Assembly (NCBI RefSeq): GCF_006345805.1
Contig: NW_021832248.1
Span: forward strand, 6,969 to 70,968
Direction: 5' to 3'
DNA: 64,000 bases
DNA from: Octopus sinensis
Taxonomy: Eukaryota
Shown here: positions 39,261 to 52,818 of the stretch, in pieces
How positions within the stretch are numbered: the first letter of the stretch is position 1
Layout of the letters: the number at the start of each line of letters is the position of its first letter
Made by a program: the position numbers and the translations under genes
The notes under the pieces: generated by a model
The model's input: only the letters and a program-made list of their open reading frames with translations
What the model was told of the DNA's origin: nothing
Database searches by the model: none

Positions 39261-41934
39261 ATATATTATATATGCTACTCACGCACCGCTCTGAAAATTA
39301 AACGAAATTACTAGGCAAGAATTTTATAACTCCATTGGCAGAAAATGTGAGAACTATTTGAATAGTGCTCAATCTAAGACTTTGAACCGATACAGTTTAG
39401 CTTCTTTGAACTAGTGCATAGAAAATAGAATTCATTATACCCGGTTTGTCTAATTTATATAGCAGTGAATTGTTAATAACGTTGATTCGTAGTAAACTGC
39501 ACATCGCTTTTAGATGAATCAAATTGTCATTTTAATAAGGATACACTGTTAGACTCCCATTGAAATGTTAAGTAACACGCAGGACTTTTATTTCTTGGTA
39601 AGCTGAAAAGCTGAGATTGGTCTCCTAAGTTTTTAATCTTAAAACTTCATCAAAGAATAACACCTGTCGTAAATTACGGAGGAAAGACTAGTTTTTAGCT
39701 TATTTATCGTGTGTATAGAGACTAGAACTCACTTAAATTGTTCGTAAAAGTTTCCGTGATGGTGAAAGCACTAATATGTGTCACACGAAAACGTAAAGTG
39801 TCGCTGAAGAGGTCACAGATGTGTGACAAAAGATTTCCGGAAAAATTAATAGAATAAAATCAGTAATAAACGAGTGACGAAAAAAATATATCGTGCGTGT
39901 GTTTATTTGGCAAAAAGAAAATGACCGTCCCGAAATACAACAATATCTGTTTCAACACACGATTTCACATCGGGAATCTTGCAAAACGAATTGATAAACC
40001 CAATTTTTTTAAAGTTGGTGATATATATAGGTATGTTCGTGTATATATGTGTATGTGTGTGTGTGTGTTGTGTGTGTGTGTATGTGTGTGTGTGTGTAAA
40101 GAATAAGGTAGAAAGATAGACAGAAAGATAGATAGACAGATGAATAGAAATGCTTGTACGCATGTGTGTGTGTGTGGTGTTTGCATATGAATATATGAGT
40201 ATGTATATATGTGTATGCTCGTGTGTATGTGTGTATGTTCGTGTGTAATTCGTTATTCAAATTCCACCGGGCTGACGGTATTTGAAGTCTGAACTGATAA
40301 GGAATCTAATCCATTTAGTCCTATGCTTCTATTTTCTTAGCCAACAACACAATACACCGGGGCGACACGAAAATGAAATGCATTCACACGTTAGCTCGGG
40401 TGGCAATTGTGTCAAATCGATAAAAAATTATACAAAAAATACGTAAGTGTAATCACCGTGTCTCCTACGATGAACAGAAAAATCATCAACAACGCCGTCA
40501 TTATCATAATCGTCATCAACATCATATCGTTATAGTCACCAACATTACCATCACGAACAGCACCACCACCGAACTACTACTCCCGCCTCCTCAAACATCA
40601 TTAATGTCGTCACCAGAATCATCATCATCATTTTTACATATATTATCATCACCGCGATACTCATGATCAGTTGTCGTCGATATGTCTGCAGGATACTAAT
40701 TTAATATGAGGCATGATACTTTTGCGAAAATACAGACAAGAAATATAGATGAAAAACAAAACGTATATATATATATACGTACATTATGTCATCCGTAGGA
40801 AGTATTGTCTTGACGGAAATACAAAAATGAATGCATTCATATTAACACATTATGAATGTACTTGTACACTGAAAAATAATTAGTGTCTCACAATGGTCAT
40901 AGATTACCGCGAAAAGGGAAACGTCTTGCGTCTGTCGTGCTTTTAATAACTATATATTTGACATTGTTGAAGGAAAATAACAAGGAGATTTGAAATCGTA
41001 TTGTTGAATTGGCTCAGTGGTATGCTCAAAGGCAATGCCTTCTATATAAAGTAAAACAAACTACGTCGTTTGATATAAACCTGAATATAATAAGGCTTAG
41101 AAAGCCTTATTATATTCAGGTTTGAATGGGAATGGGAACTAAAAGCGTTTTTTATTCTCTCAACAGGAAATAAGTAGCTAGAGAATTGACTGTGGTAACC
41201 AGGTTTCGAACTCTGCTCATTAAGATATTAACTTTGAATAATTAGAAATAACGATTTTATACAGTGATAAATAAGGTGGTGAACTGGGAATATCGTTAGT
41301 ACATGAGTTAAAATGCTTAGCGTTGTTCCTTCTGAATCTTCCAGCCCTAAGTTCAAATCTCGCCGACGTCAACTTTATCGTCCCTTCGTGACCGATAAAG
41401 TACCAGTCAAGTACTGGTTGATGTAATCGATTTGTCTTCTGTCCTTAAATTGCGCCTTATGAATCCTTGGAATTAAAAGAAAAAGAAACAAAAACATTGA
41501 TACACGGTGATCTCAGAGTAATAGCTGTTCTGGTATTTAATTCTGTGACAGATTTTGTCTCTAAAAGAAAAATATCTAATTGAATTTCCGAACATGAATG
41601 TTTAGATGTTTGATCAACTAAACTAAAGACCCATTTAATTAACTGATTGCATGACAGGGCTGCACCTTTTAAATTAGAGGTACAGTCCATACAACAGCAT
41701 GCTGCTCTGGTTCCGTCTACTCAGTTTCACTTACAACATATGAGCAGACAAGAGCTTAAAATGAAACGTATGCAAGTTACCACGCAGCGGATCAACACAA
41801 CGACATCATGATTGCGGAAAAAAACTGCCTAACTTATTGGCCACACTACGTCTATAGCTGTAAATACAATTAAATGAAAGTACCAACCATCATACAGTGA
41901 CACAAAAACAAATTAATCCGATGTCTTAAACATT

Positions 41935-44150
41935 CCACCTTCTCTTGTCATTTAGCCTTCCTTTCCAGCAAAGTATAATTTTGATACTCCTACCCTTGGG
42001 TAGAGACTTCCATTCATATTGAATTCCTTCCTAGTTTTTCTCTCTGGCTTTACTAATTCAGTATTTGTCCAATCTATAAAAGCTGCTGAGTATTTAAGTA
42101 ATGATACTGTCCAACTATTTACAGCCTTCACTAGATTCGGACCATTTAGCTTTGATTTCATTAGCTTCCTTACACTTCTAATGTACCCCTTCTCAATTTT
42201 CGTTTGCATTTTTGTAGTTAGTACCCTATTCTAATATACCTAGATACTTATAACTCTCTCCTCCTTTCAATGATTTTAATGTCTGGCGATCTGGTAATTG
42301 GATGCCTTCACTGTTGACTACTTGTCCCCTTCTCATGACTAACATTGCACAATTATCAATGTCAAATTCCATGCCTATATCTTTGCCAAATAATTTGTAT
42401 TAAGGCATCTATCTCTTTCTCATTCTCTCTTAAAAGCTTTAGATTATCCATGTAGAGCAAATTGCTATTTTTCCCTTGCTATTTCTAAACTGATACCTTT
42501 CCTTTGCCATCCTAAATACTTAACTGAGTGAGATCCAACATAAGGCAAATTTTAAAGGGGAAAATTCCCTGACAGTGCATTACCTGAGTAGAGATCTACT
42601 TCCCATTTCTTCATGCTACAGCAAATTAGTTCTCTTATGTTGTCTACTATACTGAATATAATTAAACATTCACTTATCTATGAGTGTGGGATAATGTATA
42701 GTTAGATTTTTCTTTCTCGCTTTAACTTCATTTAGAACTGCTTTCTCTATGTATAATAGATCATACGTTCCTCGAACCTTCTTCTTGCAACCTTTCTGTG
42801 CTTCTGGCAGTGAATGATGGTTGTCAAGGTGCTCGTAAAGGCTTTCCGAAAGCATGACTGTTAACAGCTTCCACACTAATGTTAAGCAAGTGATTGGTCT
42901 ATAGTTGCTAGCCGTATTTCCCTTGCTCTTATCCTACATGATGAGTGTTGTCCTCTGTCTAATCATCCAATCTAGTCATCCATCTCCATTAAGGCAATCT
43001 TCAAGTTGTTCCCTCAGCCTGGGTCTCTTCCAACTCGGCATTTTTCCTAGCACTTTATTCATTAATGCACAATGTTTCTCACTCACTACTTCTTCCTTTA
43101 CTTTCTTTAATCATACTACATGTCCATTATGATTGACTGGCGTATCCCAAATATTATTCCAGAACTTCCTAGCTTCTTCTGCGTTAGGTTTCTCATCTTC
43201 AGTACTTCGTTCTCCGCTATTTATTTGGTTGTATAATCTCCTCTGGTCTGTCTCAAATAATCTGTTCTGTTGCTATGATCTATTCTTTTCTTATATCTGG
43301 AGTGTTTGCCTGATACGCTGTTTCAACTCTACTATGACTACCAAAACGTTTCTTTTTGACTGTACCAAACCGTTTCTCTTTGACTAAATATCTTTTCTCG
43401 AGGGTAGATTTGCATCTTATATTTCCCAACTTGTTCAATTTCCAGGCATCTACTCTACTCAGATCTTGTCTTCGAATTTTCACTTTATTCTGTAGTCTCC
43501 CTTCCCACATTTGCTCATCATTAATCTTTCTCTGTGAGATATCTAATCTTCTGGTGACTACTACCCTTCCTGCAGAGATCAATAAATCAGTGACTCCTAT
43601 ATTTTTAGTTTCCTGGTCATTTCTAGCAACTTCCTTTTGTTGGTGCCTTTTAATGCCGGCAATTTTTTTATACTTCTTTACTCATTACTTCCTGCACTCA
43701 TCTAAAATCTTCCTGACTTAAATCAATTAAGTCGCTGGTGCCAGTTGTTCCTTCCTTATTGGTAGCACTATTGTTATTTTTTCCTTCAGATTCTTCTCTT
43801 ATGTTGTTCCTTGTCTTTCCTACTGCCCGGTCTTTCTTTTCCAATTCTCTTGTGATTTCTTCTCCCTCCAATTCTGTCATCCACATTCTTCTCCTAAACG
43901 CATTAACTTGATCAACTAATCTCTGCTCAGTGATTTTAAGCATACCCTTTTCCACCCAAAGTATTAACATCCGTTTTCTGTAGCGCCTTCTTTTAGGTTC
44001 ACTTTCTAAGTAGCACTGAATCACTATCCTGTTTTCTTCGGTGGTCCACTTCCTCCTCCTTGCTCTATAATCTGCTGATGCTGTATTAGGATAACAGTAG
44101 TGGCCAGTCTGCACCTTTATTGAATCACTGTCGAGCGAGAGGCCTTCCCT
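41935..44150 (-). mobile_element. Degenerate R4/Dong-type LINE (N-terminus to RT thumb)
   Basis: RRRKWTTEENRIVIQCY...TEQRLVDQ; WKLLT...LPEAQKGCKKKVRGTYDLLYIEK; KSKLNGPNLVKAVNSWTVSLLKYSAAFIDW; many stops. Confidence 0.8.
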
Positions 44151-44759
44151 TTAATGGTCCAACTTCATTTTCGCTGTTACAACGAGTTTCTTCAGAAACT
44201 CCTATCTCCCATATTATTTCCAACTATTAGTTTTCGACATCTAAAGGTTTCAATCAACTTTCTATTGCATCATTTGTTGCATCTTTGTGCTGGTGGGGTG
44301 GTGCATGCTTCATTTAATCTTGGTGGGGGTAGATATTGTATTGTATCAGTACGTTTTGTTATAGGGTTTGGTTTGAGACTTCTCTTGTATTAGCTTTTGT
44401 AATGTATTGTTTGTGTAGCGATGGTTATATTCTTCTATCGTGTATCGGTCTTCTATAGCACATATTGTGGGTTTTAATCATATTGTTGGATATTAGACAG
44501 TATGAGTTTATTCTTGTATGTTTTTTTTGTGCGTGTTACATAGTGGTGTGTGTAAATTATAGATCAACTACTTCATAGCATGTAGGATTATCAGTCCGCC
44601 GTTCTTTCTATTTTGGTTGGTTTTGCTATGAGCTTTCCGTTTTCAAGACGTTTACTTTTTAGCTGAACACCGCCGATGGACATGTGTTGATGTTTCTTTT
44701 GTAGTTATAATTATAATTATAATCATTATTGATCCATCACTGGAGACCGACAATAAATG

Positions 44760-45122
44760 TGGGAAGCACTCCGTCGGTTACGACGACGAGGGTTCCGGTT
44801 GATCCGATCAACGGAACAGCCTGCTCGTGAAATTAACGTGTAAGTGGCTGAGCACTCCACAGACACGTGTACCCTTAACGTAGTTCTCGGGGATATTCAG
44901 CGTGACACAGAGAGTGACAAGGCTGGCCCTTATGAAATACAGGTACAACAGAAACAGGAAGTAAGAGTGAGAGAAGGTTGTGGTGAAAGAGTACAGCAGG
45001 GATCACCACCATCCCTGCCGGAGCCTCGTGGAGCTTTAGGTGTTTTCGCTCGGTCTGGGAATCGAAACCGCGATCCTACGACCGCGAGTCCGCTGCCCTA
45101 ACCACCGGGCCATTGCGCCTCC
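44760..45122 (-). mobile_element. SINE family D, full length (20-bp internal deletion)
   Basis: Near-identical to 34451-34832 but lacks the ~20-bp AATAAACACTCACAACGCC block. Confidence 0.85.
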
Positions 45123-45198
45123 ACTGCATGTATATAGAGATCTTGTATAAATATGGATGTATAAGTAATTGAAATGTAAAATTTAAAATTTTACTCAC

Positions 45199-45260
45199 AG
45201 GCTTGCAGTTTTCGTAAGGAAATGTGCTTACATTTTTACGCTCATGTTGTAACGATTCAT
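45199..45260 (-). CDS. Weak candidate internal exon (DESLQHERKNVSTFPYENCKP)
   Basis: Acceptor TATCTTCTATCAG, donor CCT|GTGAGT, 62 bp, phase-compatible with 49194-49314; no recognised homology. Confidence 0.2.
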
Positions 45261-45472
45261 CTGATAGAAGATATTTTTGTATATATTTACTCCACATAAG
45301 CAAAATCTTTCAGTTTCCTGAAATGGCTTACATTTAGACATATTTTCCTTTCATTGTTGCGGCTTCTTAATTTCTCATTCGTGATGGGTTCAGATTTGAT
45401 CTATCTTCCCAGCAGCTCGCTGTCACACGTCCATGCTGTTTGGTATTCCCTGCGATGTTATTATCATTATTA

Positions 45473-45554
<82 letters not shown>

Positions 45555-45589
45555 CATTATTAGTATTATTATTAAAAATATAATAAATG

Positions 45590-45822
45590 CGCCCTTTTAA
45601 AGCCTACTCAGGCTCATGGGCCCAGTTTCCCAGTTTCAATGGCGTATGTGTTCTCCAGCTGTTCATCGCAGCGTTACTAATTTTTGCGAGCTGAGTGGAC
45701 TGGAGCAACGTGAAATGAAGTGTTTTGCTCAAGAACACAACGCGTCGCCCGGTCCAGGAACTGAAACCACAATCTTACGATCATGATGCTGACACCCTAA
45801 CCACTAAGCCACGCGCCTCCAC
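45590..45822 (-). mobile_element. tRNA-derived SINE (family C-related)
   Basis: Minus strand GGAGGCGCGTGGCTTAGTGGTTAGGG...TGTGTTCTTGAGCAAAACACTTC. Confidence 0.75.
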
Positions 45823-45848
45823 TATTATCATTATTATTATTATTATTA

Positions 45849-45879
<31 letters not shown>

Positions 45880-45918
45880 GGTATTATTATTATTGTTATT
45901 ATTATTATTATCATCATC

Positions 45919-45954
<36 letters not shown>

Positions 45955-45976
45955 ATAATTATTAATATTATTATTG

Positions 45977-46023
<47 letters not shown>

Positions 46024-46084
46024 GGTATTATTATTATTGTGAATATTATTGTTATCATCATCATCCTCATTATTATTATTATTA

Positions 46085-46133
<49 letters not shown>

Positions 46134-46547
46134 TACTACTATTATTATTATTATTATTATTATGCTATTAAGCAATACAATATAGGCAGGACGCCCGAAG
46201 AGAAATCATTTCAGGTATTCGACATCATACTGCTGACAATTTAATTAATACGATGTATCTTATCTTATAAGCATCCCGTCTTGGAACCATTGCATAAAGA
46301 CGAAATTCGACTGTGTATATACGTTGCTTACCTTGATTTCATTCATTTGTTACAAAGCAAACACTACTTCCCATTTCTTTGTCAATGATATTTTCTATGT
46401 ATGTATATATTCATGTTATATGGGAATGAATGAATGCTGAATGCTCTTTCTAAGCTATTCACCGAAGCTAATTTATTATAGTATTCAGTGCCTGCCTAAA
46501 TACCATCTATAAGAATGCGATCAATTTTCACAATTAAAGGAAGACTG

Positions 46548-46579
<32 letters not shown>

Positions 46580-46905
46580 TGAAGAAGAAGAGAAAAAAGA
46601 AAGCAACGACAATTAATATTATTGCACTATAGCATGGATAATCAACGAGACGTTTCATACACACGTACACACACGCGCGCGCACGCACATGTAAATGTGT
46701 GTGTGTATATATGTATATACATATATACATATATGTATATACATATATATATATGTATATATGTATATATATATATGTATATATATTATATACATATATA
46801 TGCATGTATACATATATGTATATATACTTGTGTATATATATGTATATATATATGTATATACGTATGTGCATATATTTATGTATGCATATATATATACAGT
46901 ATATA

Positions 46906-46940
<35 letters not shown>

Positions 46941-46953
46941 ATATATATATTAT

Positions 46954-47015
<62 letters not shown>

Positions 47016-47324
47016 ACACGCACACATACACAGTTACGTATGAAGTTAAAGACACATACAGACTCGCACGCATACGTGTGTGTGTGTGTGCGTGTTTCCT
47101 AAATTCAGAAATTGTGATTTAAGCTATTAAAATATTGACCGAAATGTGCAGTGAAGCCTAAATCAACATTAGTTCCGGTGACTTCCGTTTTCTTTGCAAG
47201 ACTCTACGCTACTGGAAGTGGGAAGTCTTGACTGACAAAATGACGAGACTAGACATTGTGGAAAATATATTTTGTGTAGACAGCCATATACATACGTACA
47301 TACATACATACATACATACATACA

Positions 47325-47357
<33 letters not shown>

Positions 47358-47400
47358 GCATGCATGCATACATACATACATATATACATTCATACATACG

Positions 47401-47446
<46 letters not shown>

Positions 47447-47612
47447 TATGTATGTATGTATGTATTGTATTATGTATTTATGCTTATATATGCATATATA
47501 TGTATGCATATGTGTATATATATTTATGTACATGCATATAAAACAATATATATATATGTATGTATGTATATGTTTGACTATATATGTGTATATCCATAGA
47601 CACCCACATATG

Positions 47613-47644
<32 letters not shown>

Positions 47645-47737
47645 CATTTGTATACATATATATAAATATGTGTATATACATATATACATATATATACATG
47701 CATATTTATATATATATGTATATATATATATGTAAAT

Positions 47738-47814
<77 letters not shown>

Positions 47815-48448
47815 CAGAGAGACAGAGCGAAAGTGGAACAAAGAATGAAATGGCGGGAATAAAAAAAAAACGGACGAATCAGAAAAAAAATAAAATAAAA
47901 TTTGCATTCGAATACATTTCTTTTTTAAACGTTGATATGTTGTTCTTGTTGGTGTTGCTATTGATGTTTCTTTGAGGGTTTTTTTTTCCTCTTCATAAGA
48001 TCTATTCAAATGGTGATATTAGGAATAAAACATATATAATGCAATACATGACAAGAACTACTCAACCTGTGTGGTCAAAAGACAAGACAATGCTCTTTCT
48101 AGGAATGACATTTATGTCCTATCAAACAAATCAGCCACTGGAGTTATGTCTGGTCGGGATCCATACATTATGAATGTCATTCATACTGTCTAAACGCCCT
48201 TTTTGTCGTCCTTTGTTTGAATTCGTCGTAACCCTCTGTCTGACACGCCATGTATAACTCTTTATAATTTTTCGTTGACAATATGTCAATATATATTGTG
48301 TACAATACACACACACACACACACACAGACACACACACACGCACTCACACACCAACGTATATGCATACATACTAATGTGTACTATATGCGAATATATCTA
48401 TCTATTTATGTGTGTGGTGTGTGTGTGTGTGCTTACGTGTGTATACAC

Positions 48449-48479
<31 letters not shown>

Positions 48480-48786
48480 TGAGAAAGTGTGATATGTGAT
48501 ATAAATGTATACATATGTCTTCATTTATACACACACACACACACACACTCACATACACACACGCACGCACACACACACACATATATATATATATATGCGA
48601 AGCAGGACATTAACGAGGTGGACACGTCGTACGTGTCACGAAGATTTTAATTCATATAGATCTCAGTCAAACTGCTATTAAATATGTGTTTGACTATATA
48701 ACGCACGATATATATTATATATATATATTATATTATATATATATATATATATAGATTATAATATATATATACATATATATATATAC

Positions 48787-48818
<32 letters not shown>

Positions 48819-48820
48819 AC

Positions 48821-48852
<32 letters not shown>

Positions 48853-48975
48853 TACATATATATATATACACATATATATATATATATATATATAATATAT
48901 ATAGATATTATATATATCTATATTATTATATATACATATACATATATATATATATATAACATATATATATTATAT

Positions 48976-49057
<82 letters not shown>

Positions 49058-49193
49058 CATGCAACAGATTTTGAGTGTGAATATATGTATATATACCAAT
49101 ATTATGCATATACACATATTTCGTACCAACATAGGAAATGATTTTCATATTTTCCCATTATACCCTCAATGGTTTCCAGTTGAAATTACTTAC

Positions 49194-49314
49194 CAGGCAG
49201 CTTTTCTCGTCGTAGTATGTATCTCAGTTTCTCTAGCTTGGTCTTCAGGTAATTACTCACGTTTCTGAGATCTTCAATAATTATATTTTTAAAGTTATAG
49301 TTCGAGAAGTGTAA
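49194..49314 (-). CDS. Weak candidate internal exon (LHFSNYNFKNIIIEDLRNVSNYLKTKLEKLRYILRREKLP)
   Basis: 40 open codons ending at a consensus donor G|GTAAGT; acceptor CTGCAG has a poor pyrimidine tract; no recognised homology. Confidence 0.25.
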
Positions 49315-49639
49315 CTGCAGATTACCTCATTACCTTGTCATATACACCTACTTAGTAACCTGTTGGCAAACTGATTTTCACTACTGTGCACAGTTTCTCA
49401 TTTTTTTTTTTGACGTTGATAATTATTTCTACCTGTTATACGTCCATTTTCGGAGCTCTAGACGAGAATATTCCACCGGCATTCCTTTCCGTCAGGAGTG
49501 ATTATATATTCCAAACCAATGTAACATATACTCATTACTTCCTGCACTCATCTAAAATCTTCCTGACTTAAATCAATTAAGTCGCTGGTGCCAGTTGTTC
49601 TTTCCTTATTGGTAGCACTATTGTTATTTTTTCCTTCAT

Positions 49640-49900
49640 TCAACGATATTTTGATTAGGTGATCATGCATTTTCATACCATGATAATGGATCGTAATGTG
49701 ATGAAATATTGGGATATTACACATGATGTCGGTGATATATTCATTTTTAATTCCACAATGTCTGCATTGCTTGTCGCATTTAGATCGTTTATTTCCATCT
49801 CCATTCCATTTTTGCATCATGTACTTTTGTCGTTATTTCTAGCTTCTGGGTTGCACTAATTGATCCTTGAAAATGATCAATCTACTTCGGTTATTTATGA
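49640..49900 (-). mobile_element. REL-type LINE C-terminal zinc-knuckle relic
   Basis: EITTKYMMQKW...CDKQCRHCGIKNEYITDIMCNIP...HDHLIKI resembles the CCHC region of R2/R4/CRE-type ORFs. Confidence 0.45.
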
Positions 49901-50591
49901 AGCTATCACTTGAAAGATTTTTCAGCAACATAGCTATGGATGAATTTCTGCGGTCATACATAGAGTTGTGTGACTTCGTGGGTGTGTGACCCTGGTCATG
50001 AGACAAGGAATACTTTCCAAGTTACTCCTGTCTATCTCGCATGATATCCCGTAAGTCATGACTGCAGACATCATGCCTTAATGCACTTCGAAATTTGCTA
50101 TTATAATAGATGGTCTCAAAGGACAAGTGACGCAACTTTTGAAGTCAGTTTAAATAGATATTAAGTCCCTGCCAATTTGTTTCTATTTTAAACAAAGAAC
50201 AATTTCACTGTCCATATAAATATTTATGATGTTGATTGTTTTCAGCATGAGCCATTAATAGATCTGAACCTCAGCTAACATCCACCCAAGCTGATCAAAT
50301 GTTAGTAGGCGTACTCAGACAGGGGACACGTTCTGGGTTACTGAGATATTGACTGGGGAAAGTTCTGAGGATCATGTTTCAGAGATTTAATATGTAGGAG
50401 TAGGTTGAGTATATATTCGCACTCATATGTGTATACACGTGTCTCTTTAATACACGAATGCGTCTGATTAGTTTTTCTGTATATATGGATATAAGACATT
50501 TGCACATTCGTGACACTGTGAGTGTGTGTTTGTGTATGTGTGTGTCCGCGCATGCGTGTGTGTGTTTGCATGTGTGTGTGTGTGCGTGTGT

Positions 50592-50636
<45 letters not shown>

Positions 50637-50637
<1 letters not shown>

Positions 50638-50799
50638 CTAGCGTAGCTAGAGTGTGTGCCGACCAGGGCGGCCCTTCCGTTTATCGCCCCCGGACCCCAG
50701 AAAAAACACATATTGCAAACAGCAGATCCGAAGTGGTGCCCCTTTAAAAGTGCCGCCTGGGGTGGACCGCTTCTTCTACCCGGCACTAGCTACGTTAGT
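50637..50799. mobile_element. Small MITE-like element in (TG)n
   Basis: TIR ACTAGCGTAGCTAG..GTGCCG / CGGCACTAGCTACGTTAGT. Confidence 0.5.
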
Positions 50800-50845
50800 G
50801 GCGCGCGTCTGTGTGTATGTGTGTGTTGTGTGTGTTTGTGTGTGT

Positions 50846-50906
<61 letters not shown>

Positions 50907-51037
50907 ACATTACGTTTAGATTTATGTTCTTCCAAGAATTCAAGCCGGCCATTAACAATGTAACAATGCTTTTTTTTAATATTTCAATCACGTCAATTTC
51001 AGAAATATTTTAACATGTGTGTCATTCTTATACATAT

Positions 51038-51437
51038 ATGTAAGTGCATATGTAAGTGTACATGTAAGTGTATATGTAAGTGTACATGTAAGTGTATATG
51101 TAAGTGTACATGTAAGTGCATATGTAAGTGTACATGTAAGTGCATATGTAAGTGTACATGTAAGTGTATATGTAAGTGTACATGTAAGTGTATATGTAAG
51201 TGTACATGTAAGTGTATATGTAAGTGTACATGTAAGTGTATATGTAAGTGTACATGTAAGTGCATATGTAAGTGTACATGTAAGTGCATATGTAAGTGTA
51301 CATGTAAGTGCATATGTAAGTGTACATGTAAGTGTATATGTAAGTGTACATGTAAGTGTATATGTAAGTGTACATGTAAGTGTATATGTAAGTGTACATG
51401 TAAGTGTATATGTAAGTGTACATGTAAGTGTATATGT
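51038..51437. repeat. 24-bp (2 x 12 bp) minisatellite ATATGTAAGTGT-ACATGTAAGTG(T/C)
   Basis: About 16-17 units, directly visible. Confidence 0.95.
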
Positions 51438-52818
51438 GAATCTATTTCCACTCGTGTGTCGGGTGTACACGCTTCTTTAGTACACAATGGGTGTGAGTAC
51501 TTCTCACGTATGTGTGTGCCACATGCAGATGGATATACGATGGCGTGCATATGTTGATTACAGCAAACACAAATGCTGAAGATTTTGCGAGGATTTACAA
51601 ACCGTCTTTGTAACACTTATCGATTGTATGTGGAAGATGTTCACATTTCTTTGTTGTTTCTTAGAAAAACAGCATTTCGAGGTTTTTATGAATTTTTTTG
51701 TTACATAACTCAACGAAAATAACAAATGAGGCTACAGAAAGAACACAAGGACTGTTAAGTTCTGCTTTAGCAAACCATAGATGTTTTTCTTTTTCCATAA
51801 CTTTAAATAAGACACTTTACAATCTGCTATGCAGCTGTATGTATGTAAGTTTAAATGTATATTTACATGTATGTACGTATGTTTGTATGTATGAAAGAAT
51901 ATGAATACGGTTATTGTAAATGTATTCTGGTATAAAATTCGCTATTCGCTAACTTCGCATATTTGTGAATGTATAGCTGTGCATGTGTAAGAGTGTGTCT
52001 CTCTTTATATATGTACCTTTGTTTTGTGATTGATTAGTTGTGCATGTGTGAGAGTGTGTCCCTCTTTATATATGAACCTTTGTGTATATGCGTTTGAGTA
52101 TATGTATGTGCTGCTTATGTATATACATTCTTCATATCTGCATTCTGTGCAATATGAGTATATAATCTTATGTTGCACGTAGTCTAGAAAATCTATTACT
52201 TTATTCATATCCAATTGCGAGTGAGTAACTAACAAATGAATCTATCCACCGAGATGGGAACAGGTATCTAGAAGATAAATGACCGTACCGGAGGAAATGA
52301 CATTACTATAAATTTTACAAGTGTTTCATTAGATAACAGTGCTGAGAACAACATATTTTGCAAATACACACAAAAAAAAATTCCGGTACTCCAAAATAAA
52401 TCTGGAAAGGATACTGTTTACAATTTTTTTTTTTTAACCGCGTTCGAGAGGTTCAAAGACTAAAAACACAGACAGTAATAAAGCATCCATCATCGCCCTC
52501 TAAAATTGTATCAAGAGCAACTATCATAATAGCTTCAGTCATCCTTGCCATTGTCTCCTAACCCGAGCGCAAAGTGTGATAGCTTGTACATGTACATCTG
52601 CTCAATGAGTCAAATACATCTAGATCTAGACCAGATGAGAATGTTCGGCGTCATGCTGAGATTTCCGTCTTTTCCCAGGGTCTACTATTGACAAGTGACT
52701 CTTTGTTAACTGAGCGAACCGATAACCGAGGCCGATTTTAACGGCTGGTTGAAACCAAACCACCACGCTAACGATCATAGTGCCATCATTGAGCAAGCAA
52801 TATTTTAAGTGCGGCTAA

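Noticed and set aside
39800-39850. CTGAAGA-GGTCAC..GTGAC hammerhead candidate
   Set aside because: G12 is missing (AAAA instead of GAAA) and there is no helix I partner.
44200-44700. Possible additional PLE linker fragment on the minus strand
   Set aside because: Only a faint SY...IKTHN resemblance; too degenerate to call without a profile search.
47200-47232. LYATGSGKS Walker-A-like peptide
   Set aside because: Immediately followed by a stop; no surrounding ORF or splice support.
48103-48193. Plus-strand terminal exon candidate NDIYVLSNKSATGVMSGRDPYIMNVIHTV*
   Set aside because: Short, no homology recognised, no supported upstream exon.
51015-51557. Cys-rich CKCI/CKCT ORF resembling metallothionein, and His-rich ORF 50999-51616
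   Set aside because: A 12/24-bp minisatellite open in nearly all frames; no coding asymmetry.
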